A DNA stretch of 64,000 nucleotides from Octopus vulgaris (GCA_951406725.2 OX597831.1:33852001-33916000); one strand, 5' to 3'; positions 42,137 to 56,862 are shown, numbered from the stretch's first letter. The notes: generated by a model not told the origin, from the letters alone. Made by a program: numbers and translations.

Positions 42137-43210
42137 TGGCTTGGCTCCCTTTTCACATCCATGACACCAACCATGTTCTTCGTCTATTCAACTCTTTCTC
42201 CTTCCCTGCTGGCCCCTCTAAACTTCTCTTCGCTCTCGACACCCAGAGCCTTTACACTGAACCCTCACCACGAGGGGCTGCGTGCACTGAAATACTTCCA
42301 GGACCTCCGATCCAATCCCCTACATGGCACCTCTACACTCGTTCGTCTGGCCAAACTTGTCCTCTCACTCAACTGCTTCTCGTTCGCGGGTGATTTCTAC
42401 CAGTAGTACTCAGGAGTGGCCATGGGAACGAGAATGGGCCCGAACTATGCGAACCTGTTCATTGGCTATGTTGAGGCCCAAATATTCTCAAGTTTCACTG
42501 GTCCCACTCCCGAACTATATGGCCGTTATATTGACGACTGTATCGGTGCCACCTCACTCTCCCGCGAACATCTGGACTCCTTCTTCTCTTTTGTCAAATC
42601 TTTCCATCCTGCTCTCCACTACTCCTGCACTATCTCTGACACCTCTGTCTCCTTTCCTGACATTTCGGTCAGCATTCATCACTCCACTCTTGCCACCTCC
42701 ATCCACTACAAACACACGGACTCACACTCATACCTCAGCTTCTTCTCCTCCCACCCCAAACACACCAAGCTTTCCATCCCTATTCCCAGTTCCTCCGTCT
42801 ACGCAGGCTCTGTAGTGACGACCATGACATTGAGACTCAGTCTCAACTCATGGCTCGCCACTTCATTCTACGTGGATATCCCATCACCACTATCCACACC
42901 GCCCTTGCCAGAGAACGTTCCGTGGACTGTGCTCTCTTATACAGCACACACCTTCGTTGTGGGGAGGTCATCTTTACTTTGTTATCTCCCCTACTTCTTC
43001 GCTCTCCTGTGTGACCCTTCTGTCCGGCAGTCGGTAGCCACTACACATTCTTTTCTCTCCTTGTTTCTCTCCTTTTTTGTGTCCCTTTCTGTAGAAGAGC
43101 GTAGGCTCGAAACGTAAAATACTTTTTCAATTCCCGAACGTTATACTAATACATTTGTTTGTATTCTACACCACCTGTCTTCGCCTTTTTTTTTTTCGTG
43201 AACTCTCCCT
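42137..43210 (+). mobile_element. Penelope-like element: RT pseudogene joined to a 3' terminal repeat, endonuclease region missing
   Basis: LFALDTQSLYT, PHHEGLRAL, Q*YSGVAMGTRMGPNYANLF, RYIDDC, YKHTDSHSYL..SSHP; terminal part has GAAGAGCGTAGGCTCGAAACGT. Confidence 0.85.
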
Positions 43211-43464
43211 ATATATATATATGCATACACTTCAGCAATGTAGCTACACGTGGCCCGTTGGCAATTTTTCCTCCTTTGGATTTCCGCTTTCTCCTTTCCG
43301 ACCAAGAGCTAAGCTCGAAATATTAAACTCTCTCCTTTCACCGAGCGTCAATCTAATGCAATTCTTGTTCACGTTCTCACGTTAGTTATTATTCTTTTTT
43401 TCTCGTTTGTGCGAACAAATATACACACACATATGTATATCTAAAACAGGGTGAACGATTCTTC

Positions 43465-43685
43465 CCGAGTCATTGGCTCATAGCGCCGGTTTCCCAGACT
43501 TTAGTGGTGTTTATAATCCGCCACTGACTGGACTGGACACCAGTCCAGCGCATGTTTGCCAGCTAAGTGGACTGGAGCAATGTGAAATGAAGTGACTTGC
43601 TTAAAAACACAACTCATCGACCGGTCCCAGAATTCAGGAGTCGAAATCGCAATGTCACAATTATGGGTGCAACACCCTAAGCAAT
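43465..43685 (-). mobile_element. SINE family C, decayed
   Basis: GCCAGCTAAGTGGACTGGAGCAA block shared with 7790-8293. Confidence 0.7.
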
Positions 43686-43777
43686 ATAGTCCAGTGTGTG
43701 TGCGTGTGTGTGTGCGTGTGTGTGTGCATGTGTGTGCATGTGTGTGTGCGTGTGTGTGTGTGTGTATATATATATCT

Positions 43778-44272
43778 TCTTTTATTCTTTTACTTGTTTC
43801 AGTCATTTGACTGCGGCCATACTGGAGCACCGCCTTTAGTCGGACCAATCTACCACACGACTTATTCTTTGTAAGCCTAGTACTCATTCAATCGGTCTCT
43901 TTTGCCGAACCGCTAAGTTACGGGGTTGCAAACATAACAACATTGGTTGTCAAGAAATGGTGAGGGGGACAAACACGAGCACAAGGACACACACATAAAC
44001 ACATACACACACACACATACACACACACACTCACACACACACACAAACACAGACACACATACACACACACAAACACAGACACACATGCATATACACACAC
44101 ACATATATGTACACGACAAGCTTCTTTCAGTTTCCATCTAACAAATCCACTCACAAGGCTTTGGTCGGCCCGAAGCTATAGCAGAAGACACTTGCCCAAG
44201 ATTCTACGCAATGGGACTGAACCCGGAACCATGTGGTTGGTAAACAATCTTCTTACCACACAGCCACACCTA
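43778..44272 (-). mobile_element. SINE family A
   Basis: Reverse complement, full length with expanded internal (CA)n. Confidence 0.85.
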
Positions 44273-44344
44273 TACATTTAAATCATGGATTCAAGTAATC
44301 CGGTTGTCCTCATAAAAAGAAGGCCCATAATGTGTCGTTGCATA

Positions 44345-44705
44345 ACACGGTACTCCGTTGGTTACGCCGACGAGGGTTCCTGTTGATCCGATCAACGGAA
44401 CAGCCTGCTCATGAAATTAGCGTGCAAGTGGCTGAGCACTCCACAGACAAGTGTACCCTTAACGTAGTTCTCGAGGAGATTCAGCGTGACGCAGAGTGTG
44501 ACAAGTCTGGCCCTTTGAAATACAGGAACAACAGAAACAGGAAGAAAGAGTGAGAGGAAGTTGTGGTGAAAGAATACAGCAGGGTTCGTCACTCCCCCAC
44601 CCCTGCCGGAGCCTCGTGGAGCTTTAGGTGTTTTCGCTCAATAAACACTTACAACGCCCGGTCTGGGAATCGAAACCGCGATCCTATGACTGCGAGTCCG
44701 CTGCA
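44345..44705 (-). mobile_element. SINE family D
   Basis: Reverse complement of the 9740 head and body. Confidence 0.8.
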
Positions 44706-44877
44706 CGATAAGGAGTATATAAAATCTTAAACGCCAGAGAAATATTTAGATAAATCTTTATTTAACGATAAATAAGTTATTTAAATGGTTTTTTGAGTTA
44801 TGAAACAAATTTGTAGTGATGTTTGGATTTTTTGTTTTCGTTGAATAAAGATTCATCAAAATATCTCTGTCACTTTC

Positions 44878-45075
44878 TCTTCTTTTACTTGTTTCAGTCA
44901 TTTGACTGCGGCCATGCTGGAGCACCGCCTTTAGTCGAGCAAATCGACCTCACGACTTATTCTTTGTAAGCCTAGTACTTATTCTATCGGGCTTTTTTGC
45001 CGAACCGTTAAGTTACGGGGACGTAAACACAACAGCATCGGTTGTTAAAGGATGTTGGAGGGACAAACGCAGACA
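44878..45075 (-). mobile_element. SINE family A, 3' half
   Basis: TTTTACTTGTTTCAGTCATTTGACTGCGGCCATGCTGGAGCACCGCC. Confidence 0.85.
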
Positions 45076-45132
<57 letters not shown>

Positions 45133-45365
45133 ACACATACACATACACGCGCATATATAATTTTATACTTATTAATGATTTTATGTCATATAATAAAATC
45201 AATTTTACATTCAACTGAAGAACCACTCCATACTTTTGTTAGAGTATAAATTGATTATATACTTACAAAGTACTGAGAGTGACTACATTCATACATACAC
45301 GTATGTGTATATGTGTATGTATGTAGATATATATGTATGTACATACACATCTATCTATCTCACTC

Positions 45366-45426
<61 letters not shown>

Positions 45427-45509
45427 ACACACACACACATATATATATTTGCATATGTAAATGCTTGTATACATGTACACAATTATATATGTACATGCGT
45501 ATATATATT

Positions 45510-45905
45510 CTGATTGACATGGAAGGATCGTTGTCAATCATGGACCTCACCAACAAATTGAGAAGCTCTTTCCCTATCAGAACGATCAGAGTGACTTTTC
45601 CGAGCTGCCGTACCTTCGAAATTACTATTAGACTCATCCAATTTTTTCCGAATCCTCTGCACTGTTCTCAGATTGATTACCAAACACTCTGAAATGTTCG
45701 TATTGTAGATTCCGGCGCGAATGCAAAGCAGTACATCATGTCGTTTCCAACTTCTGGCAGAGTGAATTACGTCATGGTGGTATTTTTCTCAAAGGCGGTG
45801 TCCAACTGACCCTACTATACTGTATAGTCGATAAAATCAAAAACAAACAATGCGCATGTGCGAAATTAAAAATATAAATTGTGACAATTTACCCATCGCA
45901 CCCTG
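45510..45905 (-). mobile_element. maT/Tc1-like transposon 5' fragment
   Basis: TIR TA-CAGGGTGCGATGGGTAAATTGTC, similar to the end at 55483; encodes WKRHDVLLCIRAG..NLRTVQRIRKKL (HTH). Confidence 0.65.
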
Positions 45906-45984
45906 TATATATGTATATATTTATGTATATATACAAACATGCACATGATTACATACATGTGGTAGTACATACGTATGCATATGG

Positions 45985-46445
45985 TCCGGTCGGAAGACCT
46001 GATGTTTTCTTCAATGAATACAATATTGATTAATATAAGGTATTAACGAGCTTTTATTGTCTAAATATACAGAACAATGTATGTCATTTACAAACATATA
46101 CATTATGTATAAATAACTATGCATTCACTTCTGAAATATGACGTCATTGAAACAGCGTCCATTGTTTCGTTTACATACTTGTAGCGCACCCCGGAAGTCG
46201 TGTGTTGCCCTCGCAACTTGTTTTGATTAGCTACAACAATAATTTCCTGGTTTATAGCCGTTTTTAGATGATCCGGTGTGCACCGTTTATTGCTGAATAT
46301 TTTTTCTCCTCGAGATTGACCAGTGAAAAGCACTAAAGAAGTTGAGGTGATGGAGCGAGCCGTGTCGTCACGCTTTCTAATCGTTGTTGGGTTATTGGGA
46401 ATTGACATGGCTGGCAAATATTTGTTTGGTAATGTCAAGTGAAGC
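45985..46445 (-). mobile_element. Decayed Tc1-like transposase 3' fragment
   Basis: KIFSNKRCTPDHLKTAINQEI resembles the C-terminus of the element at 22.7 kb. Confidence 0.4.
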
Positions 46446-46510
46446 ATCAGTCTCCCCCTCTCTCTACCTCACCATCTATTTGTCTCTCTGTGTCTCTATC
46501 TCTATCTTTA

Positions 46511-46586
<76 letters not shown>

Positions 46587-46593
46587 CATACAT

Positions 46594-46652
<59 letters not shown>

Positions 46653-47149
46653 CATACACACTTATATATTTACATGCGTACATGCATATGCATGCATATA
46701 AACTCTACGTTCCACATAACCAGCATTATTGAAAATCAACAAATATGAAACCGGTTAAGTGTATTTATTTAAAAATTTAAGCAAACCTTCTGTGCATTTC
46801 GCCTTCGTTTATATCTTCCGTACTATTGCTCGTTTAAATCAAGGTGTTGTATATTTTACATTCAACGATGTTAAACACCCAGTGCAGTGTCATGCATGAT
46901 ACAGAACGATGACGACTTTACACTGTGGCACACACAACAAAGTAATGTAAGTTCTCTTGTGCTTAATCGGCTCGTAAACCTCCGGATAGTTTCCGTTTCA
47001 ATGATTGTCTGGTTAAGCGGAAGTGTTACATCTTTAACATTATCGTATTTTCACCAGGCACTTTTCTATGAGTGGTTACATTCAAATGCAAACGGAACTA
47101 TCGTTGCGTTTGAATAACCGAATCACCATTTTAAAAGAAAGGACTTCGA

Positions 47150-47215
<66 letters not shown>

Positions 47216-47395
47216 CACACACAACACGCACACACGCACACACACACATACACTCATGTATATTATGTCCGCGTGTTTGTGAGTGTACATGTGTATGTAT
47301 ATAATATTACTATCTCTGTCTCCGTCTCTCTGTCTCTCTCTCCCTATTATTTTATTCTTTTATTTGTTTCAGTCATTTGATTGCGGTCATGTTGT

Positions 47396-47502
47396 CTGGA
47401 ATCGAACTCGGAATCTTGGGGTTAGTAGCCTGCGCTCTTACCCACTACGTCATTTGCCCGTGGGCATATTCCCAAGATTCCGACTTCGATTCCAACTAGT
47501 GA

Positions 47503-47583
<81 letters not shown>

Positions 47584-47681
47584 CAACAACAACAACATCA
47601 AAAATACCTTAGGAATGAGAAACCAGGTTCGAAATTTCCCCAAGACACCTGATGAAGGGTGGAAGGTATATCAGCCGAAAC
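47396..47681 (+). mobile_element. Head-to-head tRNA-headed SINE-like element with (AAT)n and hammerhead tail (family F), truncated
   Basis: Inverted head 47396-47459, axis TGCCC-gt-GGGCA, deleted forward head, (AAT)n, tail with ACAC-CTGATGA...CAGCC-GAAAC. Confidence 0.7.
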
Positions 47682-48392
47682 AATCACGTGGGAATGAATC
47701 CGGAAGCATGTGGTTGGTAAGCATGCAACTTACTACTCAGTCACTCCTGCGCCTATATAAAGGCAAAGTTGACCTCGGCGGATTTTGAACTCAGAACACA
47801 AAGACAGACGAAATACCTCTAAGCCGTTCGCCCAGCATGCTAACGGTTCTGCCAGCTCGCCGCCTTATATATTTAAGACGTTCGGAATTTAGCTTTTATT
47901 TCTAGTAAGCCAAACGACAATACAGAGCTCCTTCATTCGTTTGTTATAAACGGCGTGATTTGTGAAGAAGTGTAACAATGGGTTTAATGAAAGGACAAAG
48001 AGCAATGTCGAGGAAGTACCACCTTGCAGGATGCTTTGCTGGAATTCTATGTCATATAGTATTATGTTAAATCAGAACGAACTGCAGGAACATCTGCTGT
48101 ATGAAAAACAAACAGTAAAGCAGGCGTTAACATACTTAATGTAGCAAGTCAATAATTCTTAATTAATCATAATTATTTGGCTCACTATAATAAACTATCT
48201 GGCGCTAACGTTGCAAGGTGTTCCGAATTTCACGAAACTAAGGTAATTGCTGAGATGTTCAATTGCAGTTATGAAGGAATCTGACCCTTTGTCAAGTTAC
48301 AAAGCTTTGATATTACAACCCTATTTCGTGTTGTTATTATCATCAGTGGATTTCTGTTTAATCTAGCAACACTGAAACGGTTATTGACCGTG

Positions 48393-48444
<52 letters not shown>

Positions 48445-48743
48445 TGCATCGTTTTATTAATAAGGAGCTGTTCAATACATCTTCACACCTCTTGCTGATG
48501 TATTCTTCCAGCTTGTTCAGGTGTTATATCATTGGTGGTTGGTGGTAGATAGGTACGCATATATATATATATATATATGTATATATAAATATATATATAT
48601 ATATGCATGTATGTATGTATCTGTATATATATGTATGTTAATATATACGCACATATATATATATATGCATATATGTATGTACATATAGGCATATACAGAT
48701 ATATAAATCTATTATATATATACGTGTGTAAATATGAATATAT

Positions 48744-48877
<134 letters not shown>

Positions 48878-49074
48878 GCGTGTGTGTACTTATTTATACG
48901 TATTCGGATGCACAAATTAGTGTAAAGCTGCTCAATATAATCAATATTTACATTAAATTATCATTTATTCGTTCGCCGGTGGGGATCACACACGCATACA
49001 CACACACGCACGCACGCAAACGCGCGTACACTCCTATAGATATATATCCATATTCACACACACACACACACATA

Positions 49075-49105
<31 letters not shown>

Positions 49106-49178
49106 TTGCGTGTTTATGTATTTATGTATGTGTATGTGCATATATGTATATTATGTATACATACATTCATACATTCAT

Positions 49179-49237
<59 letters not shown>

Positions 49238-50945
49238 CGTACACACAGACATATATATATACATACCTACACACAGACATATATATATATATACACACAC
49301 GCTGTGTGTATTCGCTACTGATTATTCCTTTCCTTCCTTCCTTCCTTCCTTCCTGCCTGCCTTCCTTCCTTCCTTCCTTCCTTCCTTCCTTCCTTCCTTC
49401 CTTCCCACCTTCCTTCCTTCCTTCCAGCCTTCCCGCCTTCCCTTCCTTCCTCCTTCTCTCACTCTTTCGTATTTGGACTCGGTGAACCACATTTCAGAAA
49501 AACGGTATTCTCTTACCAAATGGTAACCGACCGACAAGAAACTTATTTATTCTGAGATATAGATTACTTTGGACAGCAGAGGAATGCCACACGAGAGTCA
49601 CAAGAATACCACCGAGAGACAATTGAATAATGGAATAATGTATCGTAATATACATGGCGGCTGTAGGCTTTTGACAACTCTTACATGCAATGGCTCCTTA
49701 TTTTAACATTCAGAAAAAGAAAATGAAAGGAAAGAAAAATAAATAAATAAATAAATAAAACATCGATGACAACGATGACAACAGTAACAACGGCAACAGC
49801 AATATCAACAGCAACATATAGCCAACGCATTAAGCAAATTGCGCAGGATCATTTGATTTGCTAGAAAGAGTAGTCAGATCTTTGACATATCGCAGTCTTT
49901 TTAAGTCGTGTTTGCCGTGTTTTGAAAATCGTTAATTGCTGCTTTGATCAACCAGAGCTGGCTTGGAGTTGCTCGATCACTGCAGCAGCAGCAGTAGCAG
50001 CAGCAGCAGTAGCAGCAGCAACAATAGCAGCCGTTCAAGAATTTGGACCTGGAGATCTCCATTTCCAGCGACTTCGAGGGCCACCTCCCAGTGGTGTCGG
50101 GCGTCAACGAAGAGCCCTCGACTACAAGACGACCAAAGTTTTATATTTTCCAAGGACTGGGGTCTCCCGCTCCTAGGCCCTAGACCATCACCTGATCACC
50201 CTTACCTGCCTTGTTACTTAACAACAATAACAGCAGTAGCAGCAGCAGCAAAAACAAGAGGCAGCTTGGGAGTATCTCTCTACTTGGTCAGTCGATATGC
50301 TAAAAAATGCAGTCAAATCTCTTTTTTTCATGACTTTTATGTTTTTATTTTATTAAAAAAAATTCCTTGAGCCCCAGAATACATAAGGACGGCTACACGG
50401 TTTCCATTGTATGGATCACAATAATGCCCCGTGATCGCAATATTGCCCCTGAACAGGACACCGGTCTGTTGCGAGGTTCAAGTCCAGCATTTGTTTTACG
50501 GGAGGAAAAATGTCGATCACATCAAACCCCAGGACATGATTGGTATTTTATATTATGAACTCCGAAGGAATGAAAGGCAATGAAGACCTCGGCGGAATTT
50601 GAACTTAGAACGTAAAGAATCGGAAGAGATGCAACTAAGCATTTTGCCCAAAGTGGTAACGATTCAGCTAGCTCGCCTTGAACATCTTTGAGCCGGGGTC
50701 TACCCGGCAAGAGTAAATCTGGGGTTGTAAGATCACAGTAGTTACAGTAATACCATCAGCACAGCAGCAGCAGCAGCGACAGCTTCTGTAGTAGTAAATA
50801 CAGCAGCATAAGCCAACACAGAATACTCGACCTAGTATTCCCTATAGCCGCCCGCAGGCAACTTTTTTTTATCAACTCGGCGCCTTCGTATGGCCGTAGT
50901 CTAGTGACTGAAGCGCGCACTCACACACACACTAACACACACAAG

Positions 50946-50976
<31 letters not shown>

Positions 50977-51055
50977 ACACACATACACACACACACTCAC
51001 ACACATACACACACATACACACACATACAGACTACATTCTTAAGGTGTAGGATGA

Positions 51056-51109
<54 letters not shown>

Positions 51110-51648
51110 GGCAGTGGCTCTCATGGCTTCTGATCTTAACTGATTGGAAGTGTTATCATGTACATTGTTTTGTCTTGGTATAAAAGATGGGCTACAGCAA
51201 ATATTCTGCTCAATACCACAGATTTGCTTGTTACTTGTTTGACCGTAACCAGTTGAGCATGTCCCTTAGTGGCTGACGATATGTGCATCTCTGATCACGA
51301 GCAGAAGGAGTGGGGGAGCATCATAGCCATGTGTTGAGAGGGATTCTTTGGGGTTTGAATAATTCACCTCTGGAAACATGGGTGGTTCTTTCAACATCCT
51401 TAAACAACCCTTATTCAGGGACCTTTTGAGCGGGATGGGCTACTCAAACTGAAGAAAATTCTAACTGGGCCCCACCTGCAAGGTCATGTGCTGTTTATCT
51501 TGATATGAGATCACCATGTCGCGCACATATGGTTGTGATGCATGTGCCTGGTGTACCCTTATCAGACGGGTAGTCATGATGGGTATATTGGGCTTCGTAT
51601 ATTTTACCCCAGTGTCACTTTGATGGCATGCACTGCTCTATCACTCAA
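51110..51648 (+). mobile_element. Family E repeat within (AAT)n
   Basis: (AAT)n on both sides; homologous to 5543-6081. Confidence 0.85.
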
Positions 51649-51740
51649 TAATAATAATAATAATAATGATGATAATGTGTATGATGATAACAATGATGAT
51701 AAAGACCAAAACAATATTATTGTTTATATTATTGTTTATA

Positions 51741-51779
<39 letters not shown>

Positions 51780-51782
51780 CAA

Positions 51783-52009
51783 AGCGGCAAGCTGGCAGGA
51801 TCGTTATGCTTAGCGGTATTTCGCCCGTCTTTATATTCTGAGTTCAAATTCCGCTGATTTTGACGTTGCCTTTCGTCCTTTCGGGACCGATAGAATAAGT
51901 ACCAGTTTAGTACTGGGGTTGATGTAGTCGACCAGCTACCTCCCCTGAAATTTCAGGCCTTGTGGCTATAGTAGAAAGGATTATTATTATTTTAAATTGT
52001 TGTTGTTGC

Positions 52010-52060
<51 letters not shown>

Positions 52061-52255
52061 AAACGCGGTGAGCTGGCAGAATAGTTAGTGCGCTGGACGA
52101 AAAGCTTAGCGTATTTCCCCCATTGCTACGTTATGAGTTCAAATTCCACCGAGGTCGACTTTGCCTTTCATCCTTTCGGGGTCGATAAATTAAGTATCAG
52201 TGAAACACTGGGGTCGATATAATTTGAGGCCTTGTGCCTCTAGTAGGAAAGATTA
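51783..52255 (+). mobile_element. Two SINE family B copies separated by (ATT)n
   Basis: Heads near 51783 and 52065; both have GAGTTCAAATTCC and the central motif. Confidence 0.8.
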
Positions 52256-52618
52256 TCATTATTATTATTATTATTATTACAGCACCATTTGCTTTTAATG
52301 TACGATGACTGACGGCTATTAAGCGAAGTACTGAAAAAGAAAGTTAACAGATGGGTTTGTCAGCAATCACACACAAAAGAAATCAAAGATCTTTGTGTTT
52401 AAAAGCCACTGTTCTAGTAACACAATTGTATATTTTGGTCTTTATTTCCGTTCCGTGCCAAATTCTACATCTTTCTCTTCCCGGACACTTCCAGGAACAT
52501 AACAGATGTTATTGTTTTTGAGAAGTGAAATTGTTTGTCTTTCTCGCAAGTTTTCTCTGTTTTCGTATTCTTCTCCACGCTCCTTGTCATGTCGTATTGT
52601 AAAAGATTCAGAAAGAGA

Positions 52619-52657
<39 letters not shown>

Positions 52658-53726
52658 GGGTAGAGATAGAGCGAGAGAGAGAAAGAAGGTGAGGACAACG
52701 GAGAAAGGAAGGGAGACAGAGGGAAGAAGGGCGACAAATGGATGAACAAACTGAGAAAGGTGGAAAAATGGAGAGAAAGGTGAAGAGGAAGAGAGACGGG
52801 TTGAGAGGAAGAAAGAGAAGAGACGAAGAGGGAGAGGCAAAGAAGGAGAGGCGAAGCGAGAGAGACGAAGGAGAGAGATGAAGAAAGAGAAGCGAAGGAG
52901 AAAGACGAAGAAGGAGAGACGTGAAGAAGGATGGCGGCAAAGAAAGAGAAAGGTGGTACGTTATTTTGCAACCCCAGAAGGTTAAAAAGTCAAAGATGAT
53001 TTTGACCTTGGGTTTGAACTCAGTGCCTAGCGAGGCTCTACAAATGCTGCCAAGGCAATTCTACGTGATGGTTTTGCGATTCTCAATCTCCCCCGCACAC
53101 ACACACATGCGCATACAGACACACACCAATACACACACTAACACTCACACACACACACGTGGGCGCATAAAAAGAAATAACTTGAGACTATAACAAACTT
53201 AAACCTGAAGCCATAATTGTCGTTTTAGAAAAGCAGAATATTCTGCAACCCTTTTGAGAACGCAGAGCTGGATACCTTTAAAGAGTCAAGATGGTTACTG
53301 CGCTGAGATGCCTTTAATCCCGCGCTTCGACTCGATCTGTACTGATTTGGGGTTAAACGAAAACAATAAAAGTTATTAAACAACAAAATCTAAAACAAAT
53401 AGAAAACAAAGCATAAAAAAAGAATATTCAGAGGAGAATCTGAATTGAGAAATTTGGCAAAAATAACTGAGGCCGAAGTGTGATGAGAGAGAGAGAGAGA
53501 AAGAGAGAAAGATGGGAACAAATGGGGAGGGAGGGAGGGAATGAGTGAGGAGGTGAATTCTCACGTTTCATTCTGGCGAAATTTCTTTGGCATAACGAAT
53601 TATATCATATAACAATGTTAGAATCCTGACCGTTAGATTGTAACTATTTTAGTTTTAGTTTAAAATCCAGTTAACTACGTATACTATACTTGTGTATGTG
53701 TGTGTGTGTGTTTGTGTGTATGCATG

Positions 53727-53782
<56 letters not shown>

Positions 53783-53816
53783 CATCTATGTATATGTATA
53801 TGTGTGTATATATATA

Positions 53817-53868
<52 letters not shown>

Positions 53869-54026
53869 TATATTTTCCTCTAGATTCAGCTCAAAGCTGC
53901 GGCCATGCTGATGCACCGCCGTTAGATATAGATATATATGGATATAGACATATATATATATATAGATAAATATAGATATAGCTATATTATATATATATAT
54001 AATATAAATAATAGATATGTATATAG

Positions 54027-54079
<53 letters not shown>

Positions 54080-54258
54080 TATATGGGTACAGGACTTCAC
54101 CAACGGTAAACAACATGAATTATGTAAACAAACGAGTGAAATATGCAAATAATGAGAGGAAAAAATGGAAGACAGGACAAGTAACACAAAGAACGACCCT
54201 TCATCAGTTGTCGGCTATCTATCTACTCCTCATTTTATATTATTTACATTATTATTTA

Positions 54259-54358
<100 letters not shown>

Positions 54359-54387
54359 GTCTATCTATCTATCTATCTATCTATATA

Positions 54388-54453
<66 letters not shown>

Positions 54454-54899
54454 GGTGCTCCAGCATGGCCGCGGCTCTGAGCTGAAACTACAAACAGAAA
54501 AAAAAATATGGTTCACATGTATAGAAAACAAAAGACAGAGACAGGCGAGGAAGCAGCATATTGGTGTATCAGTTGGACGATCACGATAAATGGGAAAGCC
54601 TTTGACGTTTCGAGCCTATGCTCTTCGACAAAAAAGGATAAAAGGAAAAAAACAAAGCGGAGAAAGAGTGAGAGAGAAAACGGAGAGAGAAAATATGTCG
54701 GGATTAATTGTTTTACGTAACATGTAATCGAGGGCGCATGGTGTAGTGTTTAAGGTAGTACACTTACGATCGCGAAATCGATGTTTCGATTCTGGGTCTG
54801 GGTGATGGTCCTTAAGTAAAATGTTTCATCTCGCGTTTCTCTGCCACTATTTCGACATGTCGCTTGGTACACCGTGTACCTGTACACGGTGTACGGGTA

Positions 54900-55480
54900 A
54901 AGTAGTGTTTGGAATGATCACCAGTGATGGCGAAGTTGTGCCTCCATTCATCTTCCTACACAGCCTTAGACTCAACACGGAGGCCTACATCAAGTGCCTT
55001 CAGGAGGTAGTGCTACCCTGGGTTAAGAGTCCCAGAGTAGCACCTATGTCTTGCAACAGGACTCTGCACCATTCCACACAAACAGGAGAACCCAGTAATA
55101 ACTGTCAGACAATTTCTGCGACTACACCACCCCTAACATCTGGGTACCTAATCGCCCGGACTGCAACACCCTTGATTATTGAGTGAAGTGCAGTTGTGAG
55201 AGAGACCAGCAAAACTCCTTGTAACACCAAAAATGAACTGAAGGCAAGAATTATGGCAGCATTCTCCAACCTAAACAAAGAGACTGTCCAAGGGAGTTTC
55301 AGGAGATTCCGAAGTCGTTTGGAGGCTGTGGTTGAAGCCAATGGCGATTTTATTGAATAAGCTTACTCTTTAGTATTTCAAGATATTTTAATGTAATTTT
55401 AGTAAATATATCTGTTAAAATTAATCGTCTGTGTGGTTTTCATTTTTGTGTTATTTAGACGACAATTTACTCACCTCACC

Positions 55481-55483
<3 letters not shown>
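54900..55483 (+). mobile_element. maT (DD37D-like) transposon 3' fragment, pseudogenised
   Basis: VFGMITSDG..PPFIF..YIKCLQEVVLPW, LQQDSAPFH, WVPNRPDCNTLDY, RRFRSRLEAVVEANGDFIE; TIR GACAATTTACTCACCTCACCCTG-TA. Confidence 0.8.
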
Positions 55484-55524
<41 letters not shown>

Positions 55525-56177
55525 ACATAGATGCGTTTTTGCGAAGAGAACGTTTTGCGAAACAACAATACCTGTGCATATAGAAGAATATCTGTCGAAG
55601 ATTCTTCATTGGTTCACACATCTACAATATTTGTGGATGTTTCTCATGTTGCTTTAGAAATGGTAAATGTAAAATTTAAGTGACTGTGTCAGTATTATTA
55701 ATGAGACTGCCTATATCTTCAATCACAAAGCTGGAGACAGCTGCTCTGTCTCTAAGTATTTATACCCCGAATATCCGTTCAATACTTCAGAAGGAGATTA
55801 CTTTTCCTTACATCTTTCGAGCAGATTTTATTGTTTTGAAGCACTTTCAGCTATTTCATTATTTTCTATTTGCAATGGAAAGTGAAGGTGGAAAGCGAGT
55901 TTGTTAATAGTACTTTTTTTTTTATATATATTTTTGGACATTAATATCTATCTTGTATCGTCTAGAACTGCTACACAAAAAATAATGTTAGAGGTGATTG
56001 CTTTTGGCGTTTTTCTTTGTATAATGAGAAAATACACATTTATGAAGGTTTATTTACACATACATATATATACATGCTTACATAGATATATGTATGCATG
56101 CATGCATATACATATATACATACATACATACATAGATATATGTATGCATGCATATACATATATACATACATACATAC

Positions 56178-56245
<68 letters not shown>

Positions 56246-56277
56246 TATGTACATGCATGCATGCATATACATACATG

Positions 56278-56327
<50 letters not shown>

Positions 56328-56579
56328 TACAATTCTGCAATTCTATTCCAGTTCAAATAGGGATGGTGCACGTAAGAAAGCCATTCATTGTGTTTTTTCA
56401 TGGAGAAAATTTCTCGCTGCACACAAATGGTGTAAATACACTAAAATCAGCTCACAACGCCACCTACCCAGACTGTGAGATGCAAGGTAATAATCTTGCA
56501 TTTATACCTATCTCTGCCCCACTGCTTAGCGCTGCTACTCAATAGCATGTACATATGTATGTATGTACCTGTCAAGATG

Positions 56580-56862
56580 TGTTGTTTAGTGGTGATAGCA
56601 TTCGGTTCACAATTGTAAGGTCGTGAGTTCAGTTCCCGGCATCGCGTTAAGACCTTGAGCAAGACACTTGATTTCACGTTGCACCAGTCCACTTAGCTGG
56701 CAAATTATAAGTAGTACCTGTAATTTACAGGGCCGGCCTTGTCCCATTCTCTGTCACGCTGAATCTCCTTGTGAACCATGTTAGTGGTACACTTGTCTGT
56801 GGAGAGCTCGTTCGTTGCGTGGATCAACTGGAACGCTCGTCGTCGTAACCGACGGAGTGTCA
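56580..56862 (+). mobile_element. SINE with family C-like head and family D-like 3' part
   Basis: CCAGTCCACTTAGCTGGC followed by GTCACGCTGAATCTCC...GTAACCGACGGAGTG. Confidence 0.65.

Noticed and set aside
45740-45780. Hammerhead-like AUGACGU...GAAACGAC on the minus strand
   Set aside because: Core is broken and the region is the start of a maT-like transposase ORF
48315-48352. CUGAUGA...GAAAUAGGGUU on the minus strand
   Set aside because: No stem I or stem II complementarity
50030-50200. GC-rich possible exon
   Set aside because: No convincing splice pair or recognisable protein; may be a LINE remnant
54190-54215. CUGAUGAAGGG on the minus strand
   Set aside because: No downstream GAAA or stem III partner nearby
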